From NCBI GenBank assembly GCA_016220005.1, contig JACRIV010000025.1, forward strand, positions 1,359 to 65,358: a stretch of DNA of 64,000 nucleotides, read 5' to 3'. This DNA comes from Deltaproteobacteria bacterium. Lineage in GTDB: Bacteria; Desulfobacterota; Deferrimicrobia; Deferrimicrobiales; Deferrimicrobiaceae. The notes beneath the pieces were generated by a model, which was not told the origin of the DNA, did no database searches, and was given only the letters and a program-made list of their open reading frames with translations. Below are positions 57,835 through 64,000 of this stretch, one piece after another. A program made the translations under genes and the position numbers. Within the stretch, counting starts at the first letter, position 1. Every line of letters begins with the position of its first letter.

Positions 57835-60633
57835 CTACGTCTTCCGCCCGGGATGCTTCCCGCGCAAGTAATGGATGGACGGTTCGGTCCCGATGGATTC
57901 GAACACCCGGTAGGCCCGGCCGGAACGGGCCAGCCGGGACACCCTCGATTCCGCGTCGAGGAGGTTGCCGAAGACCAGCGCCCCGGTCGGGCAGCTCTGC
58001 GCGCAGGCGGTCGTGAACTCCCCGTCCCGGACCTTGCGCGACTCGTCCTTGGCCTTGTCCTTGGCCGCGCGGATCCGCTGGATGCAGAAGGTGCATTTTT
58101 CCATCACCCCCACTTCCCGGGCGTTCACGTCGGGGTTGAGCATGAGCCGCTGCGGCTCCGGCCACCCGTGCTGCCTCCAGTTGAACCGCCTCACCTTGTA
58201 CGGGCAGTTGTTGGAGCAGTACCGCGTCCCGACGCACCGGGCGTAAACCTGGACGTTCAGGCCTTCCGGGTTGTGATAGGCGGCGAACACCGGGCAGACC
58301 GTCTCGCAAGGCGCGTTGTCGCAGTGCTGGCAGAGCATCGGCAGGAATTCGACCTCGCCCTTCTCGTAAAACGGCTCGATCCGGAGCCACGACATCTCCC
58401 GTCCCTTAAGGTGGTCCGCCTTTCCCGCCGCGGGCACGTTGTTCTCCACGTGGCAGGCGGCCACGCAGGCGGAGCAGCCGTTGCAGAGATCCAGGTCGAT
58501 CGCCATCCCCCACCGGTAGTCCTTGTGCTCGTGCTCGGGATACAGGGTCCACCTCTTGTGGCGGCGGCTCTCGTCCAGGTGGGCCGGGTCGGGGATGATC
58601 CCTCGTCCCTGCTGGGAGAAGGAGCCCGACAGGATGGGGAGCGCGGCCTGCCTCCCCGTCTTTGCGAACGAGACTCCCTCGATGTATTCCACAGGCTCCC
58701 CTGTCCGCGCCTGCATCCGCACCGGGGGGGATTCCAGCGCATCGCGATGGACGACGAAGACCCCCTCAGGAAGGTACGGCTGGACCTTCACGGGGAGCAC
58801 GACCTTCCAGTCGGAGGACGCGATCGTCACCTCGTCCCCGTCCTCGAGCCCGGACCGCTTCGCCATATCCGGGGTAACGGAGATCCACGGACCGTAGGTG
58901 ATCGTGGTGAGCGGGTCCGGGATCTCGGACAGGAGGGGCAGGGACCGGCTCCGGCCGTCGAAGGTTCGCAGGGAGGAGGCAAGGACGAGGACGGGCTTTG
59001 CCACTTCTCCCGCCGGTCCCGTGTCTTTCAAGACGGAGGCGGCCTTCTTCCAGTTCGGAGGGATCGCTTTCCCCGGCGGGGTCGCCTCGACGTAGCCCTG
59101 CTCGAGGAGCTTGCTCCTTCCGGAATCTCCGAGACGCTTCCCCCACGCCTCGAAGAGATGGTTCTTGTAGCTTCCCGCCGGTCCCTCCCCGGAAGCCTTT
59201 CTGAGGAGACCCAGGAGCGCGTCCCCGTCGGACAGGGTATCGTGCAGGGGGGGGAGCATCGGCTGGAGGAGGGAGACGACCCCCCTTCTCGGTTCCGCGT
59301 CGCCCCACGACTCGAGGGAGTGGGAGAGGGGAAGCACCAGGTCCGCCTCCCGCAGGGTTTCGTCGAGGAAATCGCCCATCCCGACCGAGAGTTTCGCTTT
59401 CTTGAGGTTCTCCCGGAACGCGAAGCGCTGCGGCAGGGAAAAAACGGGGTTCGTCCGGAGGAGGAACACGACCCCCGCCTCCCCTCTTCCCATCCGGGCG
59501 GAGAGTTCCTCCACGTCCCGGAACGTGCCGACGGATCGGTAGTTCTCGCTCCTCGCGAAGTCGACCCGTTCCGGAATCGCCCCGGTGGCCCATTGCATCA
59601 GGGCGGCTGACACCGCCGCCTCCAGGCCACCCTGATGGGCCGCGGAGACCCCGCCGACGATCACGAGAGGGCGCTTCGCGGCGACGAGGCGGTCCCCGAT
59701 CTCCCGGAGAGCCTCGACCGGGATCCCCGCGCTCCGCGAAACCTCTTCCGCCGGCGAGGGAGGGAAGACGTCCATGAACTCCCGGGGCGGGCGACTTTTC
59801 GAAGCCCTCTTTTCCACGACCTCCCGGAGCAGGAAGGCCAGGAGATATCTTTCCCCACCCGGCGCGACGGCGAACCTCCTGTCGGCGTTGGCCCCGGTGA
59901 GCGAAAAGTGGGGCTCCACGTGGAACCACAGGAAATCGCCCCGGCTCTTGGCCCGGGAAATCTTCCGGGTGTAGGCCACGGGGGTGACGTGGGTTTCGAG
60001 AATATCCGCTCCGACCGTCAGGAGGAAATCGGCCTCTTCGATCCGGTAGTGGGGGACGTCCCGTTTGCCGAAGAGAAGGCCGTTCGCCTCCTTCACGGCG
60101 GAGTGGGCGTAGACTTCGAATTCGGGGAGCCGCAAGATCCCCAGCCTGCCGCAGAAGGTGTCGATGAGCGCGGAGAGGGTACCGGTGGTTCGTCCGGAAA
60201 GGAAGAAGTTCCTGTGCCCTCTCTCCCGGGACTCCTTGAGAGCTTCCGCCGCCAGCGAGAACGCCTTCTCCCAGGTCATCCGCTGATGCTTGCCGCCGTT
60301 TCGCACCATGGGACTTCGGAGCCTCTCCGGGTGATAGAGACGATACAGGGAGGACTGCCCCCGTACGCATAGGCCCCCGTCGCTCACCGGATGCCCCGGA
60401 ATCCCTTCGAGCTTGACCGGCCGCCCCTCCCGCAGTTTCGCCAGCCCCCCGCACCCGGCGGGGCATTCCGTGCAGGTCGTGGGGAGGTAACGGGCTTCCC
60501 CGGGGACGATCCCCTCCTCCGGCGGCAGGAGGTAGGAGGTCAGTTTCGGCCGGCTATCGCGCTTCCCGCAGGCGGTCATCACCGTGGAACCCGATATCCA
60601 CCCGAGGAACCGCAGGAAGCTTCTTCTGTTCAT
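57835..60633 (-). CDS. actB: Alternative complex III subunit ActB: fusion of a molybdopterin-oxidoreductase-like domain and a 4x[Fe-S] ferredoxin domain
   Basis: Tat signal NRRSFLRFL. N-terminal MopB-like domain with CTECPAGCG; C-terminal domain with CNGCSACVAACHVEN, CQHCDNAPCETVCP, CVGTRYCSNNCPY and CTFCIQR clusters. Confidence 0.85.
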   Translation of the reverse strand: MNRRSFLRFLGWISGSTVMTACGKRDSRPKLTSYLLPPEEGIVPGEARYLPTTCTECPAGCGGLAKLREGRPVKLEGIPGHPVSDGGLCVRGQSSLYRLYHPERLRSPMVRNGGKHQRMTWEKAFSLAAEALKESRERGHRNFFLSGRTTGTLSALIDTFCGRLGILRLPEFEVYAHSAVKEANGLLFGKRDVPHYRIEEADFLLTVGADILETHVTPVAYTRKISRAKSRGDFLWFHVEPHFSLTGANADRRFAVAPGGERYLLAFLLREVVEKRASKSRPPREFMDVFPPSPAEEVSRSAGIPVEALREIGDRLVAAKRPLVIVGGVSAAHQGGLEAAVSAALMQWATGAIPERVDFARSENYRSVGTFRDVEELSARMGRGEAGVVFLLRTNPVFSLPQRFAFRENLKKAKLSVGMGDFLDETLREADLVLPLSHSLESWGDAEPRRGVVSLLQPMLPPLHDTLSDGDALLGLLRKASGEGPAGSYKNHLFEAWGKRLGDSGRSKLLEQGYVEATPPGKAIPPNWKKAASVLKDTGPAGEVAKPVLVLASSLRTFDGRSRSLPLLSEIPDPLTTITYGPWISVTPDMAKRSGLEDGDEVTIASSDWKVVLPVKVQPYLPEGVFVVHRDALESPPVRMQARTGEPVEYIEGVSFAKTGRQAALPILSGSFSQQGRGIIPDPAHLDESRRHKRWTLYPEHEHKDYRWGMAIDLDLCNGCSACVAACHVENNVPAAGKADHLKGREMSWLRIEPFYEKGEVEFLPMLCQHCDNAPCETVCPVFAAYHNPEGLNVQVYARCVGTRYCSNNCPYKVRRFNWRQHGWPEPQRLMLNPDVNAREVGVMEKCTFCIQRIRAAKDKAKDESRKVRDGEFTTACAQSCPTGALVFGNLLDAESRVSRLARSGRAYRVFESIGTEPSIHYLRGKHPGRKT

Positions 60634-60654
60634 CCGTCCACCGTTCTCAACCCT

Positions 60655-61167
60655 TTATTTATGGCACGTGGGGCAGTCGAGGGGCGCCTTTCGGGCCCTG
60701 TGGCACGACACGCACCACCCCATCACGAGGTTGCTGACCCGGCGGACCCGTTTCATGCCGGCCACGTCCCCATGGCACGTGGAGCATTCCAGCCCCGCTC
60801 TCAGGTGCCTCTTGTGGGAGAAGTAGATAAAGTCCGGCACGGCATAGACCCGCTTCCACTCGATCGGCCTCTTTTCCTCGTAGTGGCGGGTGAGCTTCCT
60901 GATCTCTTCCCGGTCGGTCGCGATCGCCCGGTGGCAGTCCATGCATTTCTGCACGGGAGGGGCGCCGGCGTGCCGGGACAGCTCGGCGAAGACGTGGCAG
61001 AACGTGCAGGGCATGCGCAGGTTCCCGGCGTGGACCGTATGGGGGAAGGCGATCGGCTGTTCGGGAGCCGGGTCCGTGCGGTGCCAGAGGTATCCGAACC
61101 CCGCCACGAGCAGGAGGGAGGCCCCGAAATATCCCAGCGCCGCAAGGATGACGATCGTTCTCCGCAA
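60655..61167 (-). CDS. actA: Alternative complex III pentaheme cytochrome c subunit ActA
   Basis: N-terminal TM anchor. Five CXXCH motifs: CTFCH, CMDCH, CSTCH, CVSCH, CPTCH. Confidence 0.85.
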   Translation of the reverse strand: MRRTIVILAALGYFGASLLLVAGFGYLWHRTDPAPEQPIAFPHTVHAGNLRMPCTFCHVFAELSRHAGAPPVQKCMDCHRAIATDREEIRKLTRHYEEKRPIEWKRVYAVPDFIYFSHKRHLRAGLECSTCHGDVAGMKRVRRVSNLVMGWCVSCHRARKAPLDCPTCHK

Positions 61168-61170
61168 CGG

Positions 61171-62700
61171 TCAGCCGCCTCCCTTGACCTTCGCCATGAG
61201 GTAGTGTGCGACGGCGTCGATCTCTTCTTCCCTGAGCCCCAGCTTCGGCATCGACGGGTAGCCGGGGTCCACCTTGACCGGATTCCGTATGAAGCTTTTC
61301 AGTTCTTCGACGTCGCCCCTGTACTTCGGCACGACCAGGTTCAGCGGGGGGCCGACCACCCTGCTCTCGAACCGGTGGCACGCCGTGCAGGCGGTGTCGA
61401 ACACCGCCTTCCCCTTTTCCACACCCGGTGGTGCTGCCGCGACGGGCTCTTCCCGGGGCGTTCTTCCCGTGACCTTCGTCAGCAGATACCGGGCGACGGC
61501 GTCGATCTCCTCGTCCTTGAGCCCCAGTTGCGGCATCAGGGGATAGTCGGGGTTCACCCTGGCGGGGTCCTTGATGTAGCTTTTCAGTTTTTCGAGGTTC
61601 CCCTGATACTTCGACACGACCTCGTTCAGTGGAGGACCCACGATCCTGCTCTCGAACAGGTGACAGGCCCTGCATACGGTCTGGAACACGGTCCTCCCCT
61701 TTTCGACGGCCGTTTCCGCCGCCGCGGGAGGTTTTCCGGGAGCCACCCGTCCGAGGAAGACGTTGCCCACGACCGCCCGGTCGCCGGCGAGCACGGCGAC
61801 AAACATGAGGGCGAACAGGATCGATACGCGGGCGCCCGGCCTTGCTGTCTGATCTTCCGGAAAGAGATAGCAAACCAGGAAGACGGACAGCGCCAAGAGC
61901 AGGACGATCGCCGCCGCGGCGAACACCTCCGCCGAGAGCCCCGTGTCGGGGAGGCTGATCAGGGCGAGTACGACGAGCGCGGGAACGGCCAGCGCGGAAG
62001 CAAGGGCGAGGGCTGATCCGACGGATCGGACGTATTTGCGGTAATCGGGGTCCGGCTCTGCTTTTCCCGTAGGAGGCCGGACAAGGGATAGAAGAACGAT
62101 TCCGCCGGTCAGCCCGAAGGACAAGGCCAGGAATAAGAAAAAGCCCGTGAGAGATTTCCAGGAAAGGATAAATACCGGGTTGCTGCGGATCAGAGGCAGT
62201 TTGTCCGGGTTGAAAAGAGTGCCCAGCAGGAGGAATAACAGGAAGGAACCAACGACGATCGCGAGATCGCCCGCCGTGCCTGCCCGGAATCGCAGGACGG
62301 AGAGATCCGCTTTCTGCCGAAGGGCGGACCGGTACAGGGAGAGAAGCACGCAGCCCGAAAGGAGGGCTCCGAACGGGAGGGCCCAGGAGAGCCACGGAAA
62401 GGGGCTCTGTCCCGAGAGGATCCGCTCGCAAAGGTAGGCGATGAGGGGAAAAGGGAGGAGGCCCGCGACGAACAGTAATTTTTCATTTACCGTGATGGTT
62501 TCGATCAGCTCCTTGGAAAGCCGCAAGGATCTTTCTTCCCGGTTTTCCCTCCCGAAAAAGTTCAGGACGAGGGAGGCGGTCGACCCGCCGATGACGATCC
62601 CGAGGAAGGGAAGGTAGACGAGAAGGGTGGCCATAAGGCAATACAGGAAAAGAGGGAACGTTTCCGGCGACAAGTCCAAGGGGCTCCCCGGCGGACTCAT
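61171..62700 (-). CDS. Polytopic membrane protein with two C-terminal class-I monoheme cytochrome c domains (CRACH, CTACH)
   Basis: About 8 TM helices over residues 1-330, then two ~85-aa cytochrome c domains, each with CXXCH and a distal Met (PLMPQ / PSMPK). Ends 4 nt before the actA start. Confidence 0.7.
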   Translation of the reverse strand: MSPPGSPLDLSPETFPLFLYCLMATLLVYLPFLGIVIGGSTASLVLNFFGRENREERSLRLSKELIETITVNEKLLFVAGLLPFPLIAYLCERILSGQSPFPWLSWALPFGALLSGCVLLSLYRSALRQKADLSVLRFRAGTAGDLAIVVGSFLLFLLLGTLFNPDKLPLIRSNPVFILSWKSLTGFFLFLALSFGLTGGIVLLSLVRPPTGKAEPDPDYRKYVRSVGSALALASALAVPALVVLALISLPDTGLSAEVFAAAAIVLLLALSVFLVCYLFPEDQTARPGARVSILFALMFVAVLAGDRAVVGNVFLGRVAPGKPPAAAETAVEKGRTVFQTVCRACHLFESRIVGPPLNEVVSKYQGNLEKLKSYIKDPARVNPDYPLMPQLGLKDEEIDAVARYLLTKVTGRTPREEPVAAAPPGVEKGKAVFDTACTACHRFESRVVGPPLNLVVPKYRGDVEELKSFIRNPVKVDPGYPSMPKLGLREEEIDAVAHYLMAKVKGGG

Positions 62701-62951
62701 TCATTTCTCCTGGCGTGCTTCGGAACTGTCGGCGGGAAGAAGAAACAGGGCGGATCGACGACGATGGCGGCCTGCTGGCGCGGTCGGTGCATCGGTCCTC
62801 TTTAGCGTTAGTAGATTGACCGCATTCCGCTAATAGAAAAAATTTTATATCCAAATTGCTTCGATCTTTACGAAATATTCACGTTCCCTTCCGATCGGAC
62901 ATACCTGGGATGCGCGATCCCCGAAAGAGCTTCGTATTTTTTCAGGGGCTT

Positions 62952-63133
62952 AGGAGGTTAGCCAGAATAACTTGAACATCTTGCATCCCATCTTCGGGCC
63001 ATCTTTGCCCGCTCCTCATTCGCAAAATCCTCGACGTAGCGTTAGCTACGCCTGCGGTTTTGCTCAATCGGAGCAGGCAAATCTGACCCAAATCTGGGCG
63101 CAATCTTGTCCAACTTATTCTGGCTAACCTCCT
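62952..63133. repeat. 182-bp imperfect long palindrome (nested inverted repeats) in the ACIII upstream intergenic region
   Basis: Outer arms AGGAGGTTAGCCAGAATAACTTG (62952-62974) and CAACTTATTCTGGCTAACCTCCT (63111-63133), matching 22 of 23. Inner arms TTTGCCCGCTCC / GGAGCAGGCAAA. Central hairpin GTAGC-GTTA-GCTAC at 63036-63049. All share one symmetry centre. Locally lower GC. Confidence 0.55.
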
Positions 63134-63229
63134 TACGGCGCGGAGAGGAGGAAGCAGCCCCTCTCGGCGCGCGTGATCGTCCGGCGGGCGGACCGGCAGC
63201 TCGAGACGTGCATATGCCCTCCTCGAGCC

Positions 63230-63631
63230 CTATTTCCCCTGGGGGAGATACTTCCGGCACGCCTCTATGTTTACCACGTGGGCCTCCCGCATGTCGGCGA
63301 AAAACGTCTTCTCTTCGTCCGTCATCTCCGACTGGGGGATCTCGTCGATCTTCCGGACGACCCACACCTGCCCCTTGACGAGAAGAACGAGGCGCTCCTC
63401 TTCGCCCAGGAGCGCAAGGACCTTTTCCGCGAAGGCGCCCACCTTCTGGTTGGGTGAGGCCTCCCGCGCCTGGATCAGCCGGTACAGGCCGGCGCAGAAT
63501 CTTCCTTCGTCGTTCCGAAGGAAGGTCAGGAACTCCTTCTTCTCTCCCTCCGGCGCCTCTTCCGCCATCTTCGCCAGGCACCTTACTCCGGCGCGCTCGG
63601 CAGTAAGCAGCTCCTGCATCCGGTCGATCAT
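63230..63631 (-). CDS. Hypothetical protein (133 aa, helical, balanced composition)
   Basis: Protein-like composition, unlike the overlapping GC-artefact ORFs 63042-63647 (-) and 63267-63749 (+). No family was recognised confidently. Confidence 0.5.
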   Translation of the reverse strand: MIDRMQELLTAERAGVRCLAKMAEEAPEGEKKEFLTFLRNDEGRFCAGLYRLIQAREASPNQKVGAFAEKVLALLGEEERLVLLVKGQVWVVRKIDEIPQSEMTDEEKTFFADMREAHVVNIEACRKYLPQGK

Positions 63632-63699
63632 GACGCCCTCCCGTCAAGCGTTAAATACGGTTATGGAGCGGCTCGCGCTCGGCCATCCCTGGCCGTTGC

Positions 63700-64000
63700 C
63701 TAGAATCCCGCGGCGCGGTTCAGCTCCGCGAGGATCTGCTTCTCGCTGATGTTGTGCATCATCGCGCTCTGCTTGACGCTCTCGGTCGCCTGTCCCGGGC
63801 AGGAAAAACAGCCTTCCCCGTAATACTTCTTGAACACCTTCACCGTCTCGGGATACACGGTGAGAATGTCACCCAGGATGTTGTCCGGTCGTATAGGCTC
63901 CCCCTTGACGAGCCTCCCCGTGCGCGCCGTACCCGATGACGGCCCAACGGCCGCCCCCGCCGCGACGGATTCGCCTCCCGCCGCCGCGATCAGGCGGGCG
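63700..64000 (-). CDS. DUF1858-like small redox-associated protein, 3-prime portion; the 5-prime end lies beyond the window
   Basis: The reverse-strand translation ends ...YPETVKVFKKYYGEGCFSCPGQATESVKQSAMMHNISEKQILAELNRAAGF with stop at 63700-63702. The CFSCPG motif is typical of DUF1858 / hybrid-cluster-associated domain proteins. Confidence 0.5.
   Translation of the reverse strand, partial: ARLIAAAGGESVAAGAAVGPSSGTARTGRLVKGEPIRPDNILGDILTVYPETVKVFKKYYGEGCFSCPGQATESVKQSAMMHNISEKQILAELNRAAGF

Noticed and set aside
56517-62431. Plus-strand ORFs 56517-58016, 57790-59610 and 60391-62016, and minus-strand ORFs 58766-60466 and 60659-62431, all within the ACIII operon.
   Set aside because: They overlap actABC, which carry unmistakable heme, Fe-S and NrfD motifs, in other frames or on the opposite strand.
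63042-63749. ORFs 63042-63647(-) 201 aa and 63267-63749(+) 160 aa.
   Set aside because: Arg/Gly-rich; one stops exactly at the centre of the long palindrome. The overlapping 63230-63631(-) ORF has protein-like composition and is preferred.

Overview
High-GC (roughly 65-70%) bacterial chromosomal segment, gene-dense, with housekeeping and respiratory content typical of an anaerobic or microaerophilic metal-respiring lineage. This is inferred from gene content only; no taxonomic search could be run. Contents, in order:
(1) 1-14116: a complete 14-gene NADH:quinone oxidoreductase operon nuoA-nuoN on the + strand, preceded by the 3-prime end of a second nuoN-like paralog that is cut by the window start.
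(2) 14117-20100: decayed and accessory genes. A DUF4143 AAA-ATPase pseudogene with an internal deletion; an ICMT/PEMT-like membrane methyltransferase; a zinc-ribbon-rhomboid fusion; selB; a membrane HD-GYP phosphodiesterase overlapping an Smr-domain gene.
(3) 20101-23900: arsR/arsC divergent pair, two tandem vapBC toxin-antitoxin loci with recognisable operators, a promoter-plus-terminator pair without an ORF (sRNA candidate), a half-size cation/proton antiporter and uspA.
(4) A bacterial dynamin-like GTPase; a ubiD-ubiA-ubiX quinone-biosynthesis triad; a response-regulator / tandem-GAF / pseudo-REC-GGDEF signalling operon; def-fmt-rsmB; rpe flanked by copies of a GGGGGACAC/GAGTGTCCCCC palindromic repeat family; a LUD-domain gene; a half-size TSUP transporter; tRNA-Pro(CGG); OsmC.
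(5) A thiol-disulfide / cytochrome c maturation trio on the minus strand (TlpA, CcdA, DsbC-like carrying an extra CXXCH). Divergent from it is a candidate porin-cytochrome extracellular electron-transfer conduit: an outer-membrane beta-barrel, a pentaheme lipoprotein cytochrome, and a lipoprotein cytochrome with at least 13 hemes.
(6) gabT-gabD, a low-GC islet with a PIN / ribbon-helix-helix toxin-antitoxin pair, a SAM methyltransferase, metallophosphoesterases, a truncated B12-binding radical-SAM remnant, FmdB, threonine aldolase, a class II glutamine amidotransferase and a PAS-GGDEF protein.
(7) An alternative complex III (ACIII/Act) operon on the minus strand, with an unusual upstream membrane-anchored dihaem cytochrome c and a 182-bp imperfect palindrome in its leader.
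No rRNA, CRISPR array, transposase or integrase was recognised. Many long ORFs antisense to real genes are GC-driven artefacts.
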